Origin: Eledone cirrhosa
Taxonomy: Eukaryota
Direction: 5' to 3'
DNA length: 64,000 nt
Assembly (NCBI GenBank): GCA_964016885.1
Contig: OZ024743.1
Span: 110,174,001 to 110,238,000 of the forward strand
This document shows, piece by piece, positions 1 to 13,205 of this stretch; position 1 is the first letter of the stretch, and every line of letters begins with the position of its first letter. The position numbers and the translations under genes are program-made. The notes under the pieces were generated by a model that saw only the letters and a program-made list of their open reading frames with translations, searched no databases and had not been told where the DNA came from.

Positions 1-335
1 TGTTTCTATATTTGAAATATTTTCTACTTAAATGTCTGCTTCATATTTTCGTTTATATTTTATTGCTTAACATTATGTGAAAAAAGAAGACGTATGCATG
101 CATATATAGCTACAAACACACTCCCCCACCCTATCTCTCTCTCTCTCTATCTCTCTCTCTCACACTCTCTCTATTTTTCACACAAACACACGCTTGCACA
201 CAAAAACAGAGCCACGAAGAGTATAACGTATTCGAAATGTGTATTATTTAAAAAAGGTAAATGAAAATTGAAGATTCATACCCATGTACAATTACAAATG
301 AAAAAATGTAAAACGTAAATATAAATGCGTGTAGA

Positions 336-700
<365 letters not shown>

Positions 701-1919
701 ACACATATTTGCCATTATTTTCGACAAAACTGAAGAAGTAGTTGAAAAAAGTGAAAGGAAGACTTAAAAACAACATTATATTTCCATAAATCTGTAAATA
801 TATTTAACAATACCATCGACATATTTATATTTGAAGTTAAATGGCACCTTGTTGCGAATTCAATACTCTAAATGGATGCACTGCCCTTTGTAGGTTTCAT
901 TTTACCCTGAAAGAATATATTAAGTTTGTATATATTTATAGCTTTTTCCTACAATATTTACTTTGAATGCTTTTTTTTCACTTTTAATTTCAGAATACAT
1001 TAACTAATGGAACCACGGATTTTCTTTGTAACTATTGTAAAAAAAAATGTTGTTGAGAAATTAAATTTCTTTGAGAGCCTTAAAAAAAGCACTTTCGTTG
1101 TAATCTTTATAGTTTATTGATCCTGAATATTTTGATTTCTGAATAAAATAGGAAATATTGTGAAGAATTACAGAAAATTGAATTTATAAAGCTCTTTGAT
1201 TACAGAATATTGGATACGGATGTAGAAAGAATAGGAATATCAGGAGAGTATAGTAGAAAACAAACAGATTTAGAGAGTTTGTAATACAGTGAAGAAGTCT
1301 TTTTTAATAAACCCATAAAATGAAGAAATATAGATTGAGAATTTAAGAGTAACAGGGAGAAAATAGGGAGGGAGAGTGAAACAGATTATGAATGGAAACA
1401 ATGAAGAACAAAAGTTGATGACAAAGTCAAAAATCAAAAGTGTCAGAGGAGAAAGACACCAAAAATATGAAATAACACGACGAAAATATAATAAAATAAA
1501 ATAAAATATATTTTTCATTTAATATATAGAGAAATAATTAGTTTTAAAAAATGACAGGCACGTTTATAGAGTAATTCTTCTTGTCGTGACCACAAGGGTG
1601 TCAGTTACACGTTTGGCTAGATGTGGTTCCGCCACTGCTGAAAACATTGCTGTTCTTTCTCATTAAACTTTGCCATGACCAATGCTGTGTAGGGGTGTTC
1701 GAGGATGGGGCATATCAGGAGGTGTTGCTTAGTCCGTGGTTCGATACCGCAGTCACACAAACAGTCCTTTAAATATCACCATTTAAATTATGATGCTATG
1801 ATGCTAGGTGTTTCCATTATTTTGTCCAACCGCTGTATATATATGGGTGTGTGTGTGTATGTGTGTATGTATGTGTTTGTAAGTGTGTGTAGGCGTGTAT
1901 ATATATATATATATATATA

Positions 1920-2200
1920 TATTGTTATACTTTGGGAAGGTCATGTTGCTAATAAGAAACACACGCACCAGTTGCTTTCACTTCAATTTATTATAATAAA
2001 TTCATAAATTTAGGAATTTATAAATTTATGGTTGGTTGGTTCCACAACCAGATAGTTGTTTATATACTGTCAAAGTTCTGTCGTCACACATTCTGTGACC
2101 TCTTCAGTGACTGGGGATTCTTTTCTTTGTTTTTGTGCCTCTCCTTTGTTCTGTCCTACGCCATTTTGTTTCTGTATGTGTGTGGTGTGCTCAGTCTGCA
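1920..2200 (-). mobile_element. Penelope family A pseudo-LTR (pLTR) fragment with hammerhead (GAAA mutated to GACA)
   Basis: Reverse complement of the pLTR at about 58830-59119; abuts (TA)n; HHR-like 2069-2112. Confidence 0.85.
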
Positions 2201-4089
2201 CCAGAATTTGGTGTAGGTATTTCCTGGGAAAAGATGATCTGTTTTCGTATCAATTCACTACGATATTCGTACCAGATCCCTCACCATGGGCATGTATATG
2301 ACTCATTCGAAAATACCATTTTGCTTCATGTTAAAGAAATTATATTCTCTAGAGGCGGTTTGTTTTCTTCAGAAAAATAGAAGAACTTATATGAAGTAAT
2401 TGGAATTAACTCATCCTAAATAATGTAACTAATAAATACCACATAGCTAGATCAGAAGCCTATAACGGTGTTATTAATGATGTCGGATTAATCCCTAAAC
2501 ATTGTCTCTCGAGTACAATGCTTAGGTAATCGTGTCATTTTCATCACACAGGAAGTTATTGAACCTAACTTCACTACGAGGCCTATCTGTAGATTGGTAA
2601 ACTCAACCAGAATAGAATTAGTGCAGGTCAGTAAAATGTTGGAATGCTATGTTACGCATTAAGAAAATTACGAACCTCATACAGTAAAACATGAGACAGT
2701 CTGACATGTCCACGTTGAGAGGAATTCTTTGAAGAATTGAGCAGGTTTTACTTATTTAGATGTTCTAGATATTCGCCATACCATATGTAAGATACTATTA
2801 GCAAAGTATTTAGAGTTAACTCGTAATTGACGTTAACTTAATCATGTTCTCAGGACCATAAAAACCACATCATATAACTGAAAAACAAATTCCGAAAATA
2901 TATTAAAAGAATTGCTGCCCCCACGAGAAGATTCTAAAGTTTAATCCCTAATATTAGTTGTAGGATTTCCAATGAATTATTCATCATGGAGAAGGTCGAT
3001 AATACAGCACGCGAGAATAATAAGGCATATCTAGATTCCGTCTTCAAGGACAATATTAAGTAGATATTAAAGGAGCTTCTACTTGACTGACCTAAGACGA
3101 AAAACATAAAGAGAAAATAATCTTGTTCACCCCAACAGTTTTACTATAATTATTGTAGGAAGTTCCCCGCTACCAAAATACGTAAGTTACAATATTTAGT
3201 AGCTACTCCGAGATGATAAACAGTTCCTGCAGCTGTTGCATTAGATCGAAAATGACAGCTAAAAAAGAAATTCAATGGACAGCAAGAATGCTTTTCAATG
3301 ATAAATGAATACTCCATTACACTTCAGATATGGAATATCACGCCAGGCCGAAGTTGTACATATTACCACCATCCATTCCAATTGCAGTAGAAGATACTCT
3401 GATGTGGTATAGGTTCGGTTAAACAACGATTCTACTCACGAGTCGTTTTAAACTTCTTGAAATCAGGAAATACGCCAATCAAAATATAAACAAATCATGC
3501 ATTCAAATAATGGTAGAATCCATCTGGAGCCCATACTAAATTTTAATTAAAAAACATTTGTTCCCTCTGTCTCGGTGTAAAATGAAAGATTCTTGAAAGT
3601 TTAAAGTTATTGATGAAATACCTGAACTCAAATATCAAGGTATTTAAGAGCTTCGTATAATCTAAGAAATATTTGTTTTCATTATGGCAAATTATTGCCA
3701 CTTGGATATCTAGTCATGATAAACAACAGTACTACATCCATTATAATGTCCACACGCTAGCACTCAACACATCATGTGACTTTGTCCACACCCTACATTA
3801 ATCTATGATTTATAACAATAAATTGAACACACATTCACAGAAGCCCACAAAACCTCACCGCTATTCGAATAACTATACTAGAATCCTGACCTTTAGGATT
3901 TGGATCAACATATTCATCAGGTTCTGTCTCTTTCCACATATGATTTCAACAGATGTTCTTGGTTACATATTTCACTTTACAACTGAAGATTTAGTCATAT
4001 TTGTTTCGGTGCTACCTTTTGAATTCTTCACTGTCACGGACAGTCTGCATATGCTACATGGATTAGGCCTGAAACCTAAGTTATATATA

Positions 4090-4290
4090 TATAGGAGAAA
4101 GTATGACTCCGACGGCAGTGCTCAAGCAGTTTCGACGGCTATTTCTCGAGTCCAGAAATAGCCGTCGAAACGGCTTGAGCTCTGATGTGGGGGTCATACT
4201 TTCTCCTATAACCCACTCTACTATCCTAAGTATTGAGTACTCTGGTGCGTTATAGTCCATCTGGTTCCTTACCTCAACTCCTTCGTCATA
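4090..4290 (+). mobile_element. Fold-back element (arms about 55 bp) carrying the 3' half of a hammerhead; related copies at 8166-8220 and 37640-37750
   Basis: tataggagaaagtatgac...gtcatactttctcctata inverted arms. The copy at 37640 (minus) reads TAGCCGTC GAAA CGGCT tgagctc AGCCG TC ggggtc. Confidence 0.7.
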
Positions 4291-4387
4291 TATATATATA
4301 TATATAGAAGTGGTTACACAACAGTTAGTTCACCAAACCGAGAACAATTGTTTCACCTTAGCGGTCCTCAGCTCGTGATGGACATGG

Positions 4388-4463
<76 letters not shown>

Positions 4464-4490
4464 GTATATATATATATGTATATATATATA

Positions 4491-5370
4491 TACGATGTGT
4501 GTCACAAAGGTTCCAGGACTTATGTCACAAAAGAATTTTTTCAAACCCAAACTTCCCACTAAGAGTTTTCTCCTTCAAATAATCCCCCTGGAGTATGTAA
4601 CTCTAATCTTAGCTCTCTGCAGCGATCAAAATTTTTCTTCATAATTTCATATACATCTCCTCTATTTCAGGTCGTGGAGCAATGAACTCAGACCAACGAA
4701 CAAACTTGAAGTTTCTGGTACGGTTGGGGAAAACCCGGTCAGAAGCACTGGCGTTGCTGCAGCAAATGCATGGAGATGAGACAATGTCACGCCTACGTGT
4801 TTTTGAGTGGTCCAAGATGCCCCCAGCAGCGGCAGGCCCCCAACAACCAGGACTGAGGTTAACGTTGAGCGCGTCAGGCAGATGGTGCGTAGCTATCGTC
4901 GGCTGCCTGATGGCAAATGAGCGGGGCATGAATCGGAAGAGCGACTGGAAGATTCTCACTGAAGATTTGGACATGCGGAAAGTCTGCGCGAAGATGGTGC
5001 CAAAACTGCTGAACAATGACCAGAAGGCTCGACGCATGCAAGTGTGGCAGGACATCCACGAGCATCTTGAAACCGAACAGGACTTGCTAGGGACAGCCAT
5101 CACCTGTGATGCGACATGGATCTTCTAGTACGATCCGGAGGGGACCCATTTTGAAGACCTTTACGACATCAGAAAGGCCGGGAAGATGGAACTGCGCAGG
5201 ATCCAGAAATAATCCTTCCAGGAGTGCATGCAAGCGTGGCAGAAAAGGATGGAAAAATGCATTAGACTCCAGGGGCATTACTCTGAAGGAGAAAGCTCTT
5301 AGTATGAAGTTTATGTTTGAAATAAATATTTTGTGATATCAGTAATGGAACGTTTCTGACACACCACGTA
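4491..5370 (+). mobile_element. Tc1/mariner (mariner-type) non-autonomous element, internally deleted transposase
   Basis: Long imperfect TIRs (tacgatgtgtgtcacaaaggttcc... / ...ggaacgtttctgacacaccacgta) with TA flanks. ORF 4682-5128 has an HTH, KVCAKMVPKLL (WVP-like motif) and ITCDATW; YDPE is joined directly to the C-terminus. Confidence 0.92.
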
Positions 5371-5399
5371 TATATATATATATATATATATATATCACA

Positions 5400-5540
5400 T
5401 ATATAAGAACCGTAAATTAAATATTTATTAAAATAACAGATTAAAGTTTAAGCAAATAATCGATACTTTCACCATTAACAGGATCTCCTGAAGATCCCGT
5501 TAAGGGTGAAAGCAGCGATTGTTTGCTTAAACTTTAGTCT

Positions 5541-5543
<3 letters not shown>
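5400..5543 (+). mobile_element. Palindromic hammerhead-bearing element, family B
   Basis: Inverted arms around ggatctcc-T-gaagatcc; CTGAAGA 5488-5494, GAAA 5508-5511; homologous to 61381-61600. Confidence 0.8.
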
Positions 5544-5598
<55 letters not shown>

Positions 5599-5719
5599 AT
5601 ATATATATATATATATATATATAACTGATTTGTAAGATTTCGCCAGATGGTGGTAATAAGTTAGATATGGGCTGGGCTAATACTGGCCGGAATCTATCAA
5701 AGTTAACAAAGTAAAGTTG

Positions 5720-5799
<80 letters not shown>

Positions 5800-6375
5800 G
5801 TTATGTAATAAACAACATAAGGTAATTATTTCACTTACCAGTGGCTTCTTGGAAGCAAACCAAATTTGCTTTCATTCATCAGAATGAAAAAAATCCTAGT
5901 GCATTTATTGACAATGGATTTTAAAAACAAAAATATTATCTATATGAAAGTGAGGCTGGAAAAGGAAGAAGGAAAGGACAAATAAACACACGAGCACAGA
6001 CACATATATACATACACATATATATATATACATACATATACATATATATATACACATACATACACATATACATACACGTACAAATACACATACCTATACA
6101 TACATACATACACACATATATATATCCACATATCCATACATACACATACGCACATAATCATACATATATACACACGTACATACACACACATACATACACA
6201 CATATACACACACATACATAGGCACACACAAATATAGATATATGTACACACACCTACATACGCACACACACAATTACACATACAAATAAATAAATACATA
6301 CACACACACATATACACATACATATGCATATACCCATACACATACATACACAAATATATACACATACATACATAA

Positions 6376-6408
<33 letters not shown>

Positions 6409-6571
6409 CATATACATACATATACAAACATACATACAAATACATACAAACACATGTATGTGTGTAAAACTCATTCTTAGATGTATTCAATGAACGTAGC
6501 TTAAATCTAAATATATATATATATATATATCATAATAATAATAACATGTGGAGAGGAGGCACACGAGTTAG

Positions 6572-6628
<57 letters not shown>

Positions 6629-6632
<4 letters not shown>

Positions 6633-7846
6633 ACAGGGAGAAAGAGACGATTATGAGGAAGACAAATATATCTTTTTCCTTTTTTGTTTATCTCTCTCTC
6701 TTTTCTGGGTTAGAAAATGATTAAAACGAAATGTTTTACTTTGTGTGAAGTGTTAAGGTATTAGTTGATTTATTTATTATTTAACAATGGCATTTACTTA
6801 TCTATTTATATTTTAATTATTGTCTATTACCGGTTTCAGCATTTATATGCATTATCAAATGATAGTGAAATGTATTAGTGTGGTGTCGCACATGTTAAAC
6901 AGATGGTGCAGAAAGAATAATGTTATATACAAACAAGGTTTTAAGAAGTGAAATATGAAAAACAAATGAAAAAAAACGTGCATAAAGTGGAACGTAAATG
7001 TCAATGTGGAAGAAAAAATAATTGTTTCTACTTGAGGCACAAGGCCATCAATTATCCAGTGCATTACTGGTACTTTATTTTATCGACCCCGTAAGAATGA
7101 ATGGCAAAGTCAACGAAGCATAGTCATTGAAGTTAAGCAGTTCAAAATGTGTTAATATCGCAAGAGTGCTTAGTTGAAACATGGTTCCGTGAAGGAGGCA
7201 TATGGTGGACTGTTGTTTGATATGATTTCCCTTTTTGGACAGTTAATATGCAGGGGGCAGCAATTCTTGCTGGGTGATATTTAATTTATTTAAGAAAAAG
7301 GATTAGGTAGTGTGTGAGGGAGGTAACTCTTGTAAATGTTTGATGGTTTGTTGCAGTTTTAGATTGATCCGATTTTTAGGGCTGAGTAGTGGTTGAAATG
7401 TATTAATGAAATGTATTTCCTTATTGTTACGTTGGATGAAAGTAGCGTTGTCTATGAATTTGTAAATGGGGAAAATTTTAAAGTCTGGATGTTGGCTGAG
7501 AGCACAACTGGCGATATGTTCACTAAATGCATTCTTTTTGTATTCCTGTATTTAATTTGTGATTTATGGACGGTCATAGGTTGACAGAGGCTGTTTTTTG
7601 TCTGTACTATGTAGTGGTCTTGACAACCTGAGCATGTCAAAACATAGATAAGGTTTTCAGATGCACAGGTAAAGTTGTGTTTAACTGTGAAACGTTGTCC
7701 TTGTTTAAAATGGAATGTTGAATCTTCTATTAGATTTATGCATATGCCACAGTTGGGCCTTCCGCATTTTGTTACTGAGAGAGAAACAAAAAAGGAAAAC
7801 AACATATTTTTCTTCCTCATAATCGTCTCTTTCTTCCTGTTTTCAT
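6629..7846 (-). mobile_element. 5'-truncated Penelope-like element (GIY-YIG 3' part plus pLTR) bounded by about 70 bp inverted repeats, interrupted by a SINE
   Basis: ORF 7452-7973 contains CGRPNCGIC and NLIYVLTCSGCQDHYIVQT (GIY-YIG). 6629-6700 is inverted at 7777-7846. Degenerate HHR at 6824-6865. Both ends lie in (TA)n. Confidence 0.8.
7018..7115 (-). mobile_element. tRNA-derived SINE, 3' half
   Basis: Matches the SINE at 35774-35955 (tttgcc...cttacggggtcgataaaataaagtaccag...ccttgtgcc..agtagaaacaat). Confidence 0.85.
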
Positions 7847-8340
7847 ATATATATATATAAAAGAAAATAATAAGTATTATATATATATATAAATAAAACG
7901 GTGAAAGGGATAAACAAATAGTTGGGAATACGACAAATAATAAATAAATGAATAAATAGATAAGGGTATACATGTTTATAGCAGATTTAGAGCACTCAAC
8001 AAGCTCTGGAGCAAATAATCCATGAAAATAAGCATTAAATCACTCTGTAGGTAATTCTGCATATACATACACATACATATATATATATATACATACACAC
8101 ACATACACACACACACGCACACACACATATATACATACATATACATACATATAAATATATATACATATAGGAAAAAGTATGTCCCCGACTGCAGAGCTCA
8201 AGTCGTTTCTGAGGCTAATACATATATACACACATAAACATATATATATATATATACAAATACACATATACACACACACAATCTACAAAAAGTTACGTCA
8301 CCACCTTATTAAAAATACACACACACATATAAACACACAT

Positions 8341-8377
<37 letters not shown>

Positions 8378-9480
8378 AAGGGGCAAAAAGAACAATTGTT
8401 TGTACACCTTTGGTACTCCATCGAATGGTCTAAAATAGACCAATCGATAGAGTACAGGATATTTTTATTCTTGAATTCCCACACCTTATGTGCGAGAGCC
8501 GTTTTTGTTCTTTTATCGGAGTGTTTAAAAGAAGCGACATGTGCATAAAACCTGGTTTTAAACCTGTTCTGTGTCATGCCAACATATCGTTCACTCCTGG
8601 CTTGCTGGTTGTTAATTAACGGTGTCACTTTGGCCTCATATACAACGGATTTGGTGTTACATTTGCCCTGTAATGGGCATTCATCCGGCTTCCTGCAACT
8701 GCATTCTGGATTTATTCTCGTACGATTAGAATTGGTGATTTTAGACTTCATTGAAGGGCAGCAAGAGTAACTGATTTTATCTACATTTCTATTAAATATC
8801 TCATAACATCTATGATTAGGAGGAAAATGTTTGTCTAAGATGTCAAGGAATTTCCTTCCTACATTAGTTTTGGCAGTTAGAGAGGGGTGTAAACCAAATA
8901 ATTTTCCTTTACCTATTATTGTGGTTAATTTTAGGGGGAGGAGTAGGTAAATAATTAATGTGTTCTGTAAATCCGCTGTTATTAAGGGCATTATTATAAT
9001 AAGGGGCGGCTTTGTTAAAATGTTTAGAGACGAAGATATGGTAGAAATCCTACGGCTAATGTTGGGAATAAGATTTTTAAAAACTATAGGGGAGTTGCAA
9101 GACTCTTTGTGTATATATATCTAAGATTTTCGTTAGGTTTATGATAAGGTTTAAAAGAGGCAGTAAGTAGATCAAGATTAATGTCAAGAAAGTTAGCATT
9201 TGTAAGGTTCGTATCTATAGTGATTTTAAGGTTAAGATTAGCACAAGTATTGATTAAATATTTACGGAATTGATCAAGGTTATGGCCATTGGTGGTATGA
9301 GAAACTGCCAATCCATCGTCACGGTATAAAGCGATATTATGGGAAGGACATTTCTCTTTAAGGGTGTGGAGAAGGAATAGTCCTACTAAGTCACACACAT
9401 CCGCACTGTCATATGAAGGCATTGCAACATCAAAAGCGTATAATGTATGGTCTTTGAGGGTAATATATGCTTTACGTCTA
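8378..9480 (-). pseudogene. Penelope-like RT and GIY-YIG fragment, frameshifted
   Basis: AMPSYDSADVCDLVG, LYRDDGL (RT), NFLDINLDL; CSCRKPDECPLQGKC, SVVYEA, YVGMT..FKTRF (GIY-YIG). Confidence 0.9.
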
Positions 9481-9482
9481 TA

Positions 9483-9566
<84 letters not shown>

Positions 9567-9704
9567 GCGAATTCCTATTTCATTTTTATTAAAAGTTGAG
9601 CCAACTTATGCAGCTTCATATGCAATTGAGATTAATCACCTCATTTACACAGACGAGAAAAGTATATATTCTCGCCTGTCCAGCAGTCGCAAGCGGTGGG
9701 AGGG

Positions 9705-9748
9705 ACCGTCCTGGCGAAGGCCAGTTAAGCCTGAAATGCATAGACGGT
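9705..9748 (+). ncRNA. Minimal type I hammerhead ribozyme motif (A6 to G variant)
   Basis: accgtc CTGGCGA aggc cagttaa gcct GAAA tgca TA gacggt: 6 bp helix I, 4 bp helix II, palindromic ATGCAT helix III. Confidence 0.7.
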
Positions 9749-9990
9749 TGGACATTACCAGAGGGCGTAGAGCCCCCCGGTGTTTGCATGACTACGGCTT
9801 CCTAACACCGTATTTCTTTGGAGATAAGAAATATTTATACATATTGTATGAAGCTATGCTTGACGCGAAATCCTCTTTCCTATATATATATCAAACTTTA
9901 CTTTGATAACTTTTATAGGTTTCGGCCAGTATAGGTAAGGCCATGTCTAACTTATAGCCCCACCTTACAAATAAGTTATATATATATATA

Positions 9991-10084
9991 TAGTATTTAC
10001 GTATCGAGAAAGAGAGAAAAAGGAGGGATAGGTGATACATATAGTTATTTGCCAAGTAGCGTATGCCAAAGGTGCTCGATACTA
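9991..10084. repeat. Dispersed repeat of about 95 bp next to (TA)n, second copy at 59362-59455
   Basis: tagtatttacgtatcgagaaagag...gccaaaggtgct(c/a)gatacta shared by both copies. Confidence 0.85.
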
Positions 10085-10110
10085 TATATATATATATAGC
10101 TGAGAATAGA

Positions 10111-10190
10111 CTTCCCTGACGACGAAATGATTCTCTATATTTTCTTCGGAAAGTATATTTATTCCATTTCAGAAACTAATTAGTTGGGAG
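10111..10190 (+). ncRNA. Type I hammerhead ribozyme motif
   Basis: cttcc CTGACGA c gaaatg...catttc a GAAA ctaattag TT gggag; helix III ACTAATTAGT is palindromic. Confidence 0.8.
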
Positions 10191-10362
10191 TGAAATTTTA
10201 GTAAGTAAGTTAATTTTATAATTTTCTTATTTTGCGTCTCTCATATTATTGTTCTGCAACCCCATGCATCGAACCACAAAGTTACTAAGACAAAACCTAT
10301 ATATTTGCTAGCATTGATATGCATCTGTATGGATATATATGTTACTAGATATATTAATTCTT

Positions 10363-10425
<63 letters not shown>

Positions 10426-10454
10426 CATATGTGTGTGTGTGTGTGTGTGTGTGT

Positions 10455-10486
<32 letters not shown>

Positions 10487-10489
10487 ATA

Positions 10490-10584
10490 TTTATTAAAAT
10501 AACAGATTAATGTTTAAGCAAAGAATCGCTTCTTTCACCCTTGACTGGATCTTGGATTTTAGTTTTCAAATTTATTATTATTAC

Positions 10585-10585
<1 letters not shown>
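10490..10585. mobile_element. Family B palindromic element, internally deleted
   Basis: Left arm runs to ggatctt, then jumps to the family terminus ttggattttag...attacta. Confidence 0.7.
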
Positions 10586-10629
<44 letters not shown>

Positions 10630-10647
<18 letters not shown>

Positions 10648-10910
10648 CTTGATCCATGGTCTTGAAATCACTTACGGAGGAGGAACCCCGACTTCTGCCC
10701 ATTGCCAGTCTTCGCCATGAGAGTCCCAGTTGGAAGGTTAGGTCGTCTCGCCACCGTGTGATTGTACGTTCTTTTGATCTTGTCGACTTTCTTGGTATCC
10801 ACTCTGTCAATCTGATCGTCCATCTCTTGTCTTTGAGTCGCAAGATGTAACCAACCCATCTGTGTCTGTTCGTCTTCATAGTTCTTCAATACCCTGTTCG
10901 TTATCACACA
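10630..10910 (-). mobile_element. RTE-clade LINE 3' fragment ending in (TA)n
   Basis: RWVGYILRLKDKRWTIRLTEWIPR..R...TRWRDDL, typical RTE C-terminus. Confidence 0.8.
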
Positions 10911-11183
10911 CGCACTTGTACATTAGCACATAGATTCCTATAGGCTCTTTTATGGTCTGAAACATATACTCTTACAGCTAACACAGCCCAATAAATTACA
11001 CACTACCCACTTTTCCCTTCACAGCTTATGTTAACGTACAGTTGCTCGTAGCTTTGTACATACAAATACACACACACGCTGTTACTTTCATATACACACA
11101 CATATCCTCTTAGTTTCCTACGGACGTATAAGAACACACACACACACATATATATATATATACATATATATACATATATATAC

Positions 11184-11235
<52 letters not shown>

Positions 11236-11236
11236 T

Positions 11237-12025
11237 CACACGCAAAAAGCGTATAGGGACATATGTATTGTCCAACCATTATTTCGGTAAAGGTAACCAT
11301 AGTAAGTACAGTAAATTTTTGGAAATCTATTTTGAAACTTTTTTTTATTTGCTAAACCTTGATTATATATGTTCTGGCTCGTTAATTTATTAACCTGCCA
11401 TTGAACCATATTGGCATATGGTTGGATAATACACGTGTCCCTATATGCTTTTTGCGTGTATTTTTATTATTATCTCCTCTTGGTCGAGATAAATTTGGTC
11501 GTGTTAACTACTGCTATTTATAGTGGTAGTAGATTGACCTCCCTGCCTCTGTCTACTATATTTGCATACGGCACTGGACAGAGTTGCTTCCACATTATTC
11601 ATTCTCATCTCGGGAACAATTTTGAATAGCGCCAGTTCGTAATTTGAACTCGGGAATTTTATATTCTCCGAGAGAAAAGAACCTTCTGACGAAAGTTTAT
11701 CTTTTCAATGGGAGCCCGGAAGGACTATCCATTTATTTTTGAGACTCGAAACCGATTATGTAAAGGTAACCATAGTAAGTACAGTGAATTTTTTGAAATT
11801 ATTTTGAAACTTTTTTTTATTTGCTAAACCTTGATTATATATGTTCTGTCTCGTTAATTTATTAACCTGCCATTGAACCACATTGGCATATGGTTGGACA
11901 ATACGTGTGTCCCTATACGCTTTTTGCGTGTAAGGTTATATATACTTTATTATTATTAATCTCCTCTTGATCGAGATAAAATTTGGTCGTTTTGACTACT
12001 GCTATTTATAGTGGTAGTAGATTGT
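11237..12025 (+). mobile_element. Tandem hammerhead repeat (473 nt unit, about 1.5 copies) with a short inverted 5' segment; Penelope pLTR or retrozyme-like
   Basis: 11287-11540 repeats at 11760-12025; 11237-11279 is inverted at 11418-11460; HHR at 11681-11767. Confidence 0.8.
11681..11767 (+). ncRNA. Type I hammerhead ribozyme motif with extended helix II
   Basis: acctt CTGACGA a agttt...gagact c GAAA c cgattat g TA aaggt. Confidence 0.75.
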
Positions 12026-13046
12026 TGTCCCCGCCCGTAAAAGGGGCCCGGCGCGCAGCCGGTTTTTTTACCGCCATATAGTACCTTTAAATTGGAGACC
12101 TAATCATAATTATTAGATTTATCACGCCTCCCTCTACTTAAACAAATCCCCCTCCTGGGAAGATTAATAGTACTGGTTTGGTACAAGGATGTCTTAACGA
12201 TGAGGGCGGACTTCCCACTGGCGCACCTGAAGCCTGTTATACATTTCTAGAGTGCTTGGAAAAATTGATTTCCGTAGTTTTTGCTAGGCGAAATCACTCG
12301 GAAGGGCTGACACGCGGTAAGGTTGGGCGGACGGAGCCTGCAGTCGCCGCATGCTGTTTGACTGCTAAACAAATACATCCTCTTTACTCTATAATACAAT
12401 TTAAGTTTCTTCATAAAAACTATTTCTTTACTTAAACCTGGCAAACAAAGCCTAAAAAATGTTAATCTTTTTAATTTTCAATTTTCTAATTTCTTAAATT
12501 TTGTAATGTTAATATTAAATATTGAATTTTTGTAACTTCATCCTATAGATCTAAACAAAAATTAATGTTCAATCTTCTGCTCACACATTATAACATGCAG
12601 ACCCCCACTATATTTACCTCTGTTATAATATATACCTCTGTTAAGATAAGCGTCCTTTAGAATAAACTATTTTCGCGCCCTTACTGGCCTGACGAGCTTG
12701 ACATTGGGACGGACTTCTCTTCATCTTTCTTTCTGTATTTCTTCTTGTAGCTCGACATTAACGCTGACTTTTCTTCTTCTTCCTTTTCTTCCCCCTTCTT
12801 TCTGCCTTTTTCCGTGTAGCATGATATTAACGCTGACTTAACTTCCTCTGCCTTTCTATTTGACCGGGATGGTAGTAGCACACTAAAAACTTTAACCCCC
12901 ACACAAGATGGCCTCAAGTAGACCGAATAGCCAACACTTGAGGGTGACCGGCTAAAGTGGAAGATGCTAGATTGTCGTTCGTCCTCCGGTCTTTGATTTT
13001 CAGCCCCCATGGATTTTACCTATTACATTCATTTATTGTATTTCGA

Positions 13047-13087
13047 AAACCTGATGATATCAACGGTTATTGAAATGATCATAGTAT
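13047..13087 (+). ncRNA. Minimal hammerhead ribozyme motif
   Basis: aaac CTGATGA t atcaacggttat t GAAA tgatca TA gtat; helix III ATGATCAT is palindromic; helix I is weak. Confidence 0.6.
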
Positions 13088-13135
13088 AATAAATCTTTCA
13101 AGGATTTACACAAGTCCAGCCTCCAGTCATTGTAT

Positions 13136-13167
<32 letters not shown>

Positions 13168-13205
13168 TCCCGGTAAGAGGTGGCGCTATGTCGTGGTTGT
13201 TGAAT

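Noticed and set aside
727-770. CTGAAGA...GAAA possible hammerhead
   Set aside because: No pairing in helices I, II or III
2600-3800. Possible very old Penelope RT (WYRF-like motif near 3408)
   Set aside because: Too degenerate to assign by eye; same for 41300-42300, 46250-47100 and 51800-52140
5839-5897. Possible minus-strand exon ending in GTAAGT; likewise a plus-strand candidate at 48455-48499
   Set aside because: Isolated splice-like signals with no recognisable protein or consistent partner exons; needs RNA-seq
9915-9960. Minus-strand ggcc..ggcc GAAA hairpin resembling a hammerhead
   Set aside because: The CUGANGA core is unrecognisable
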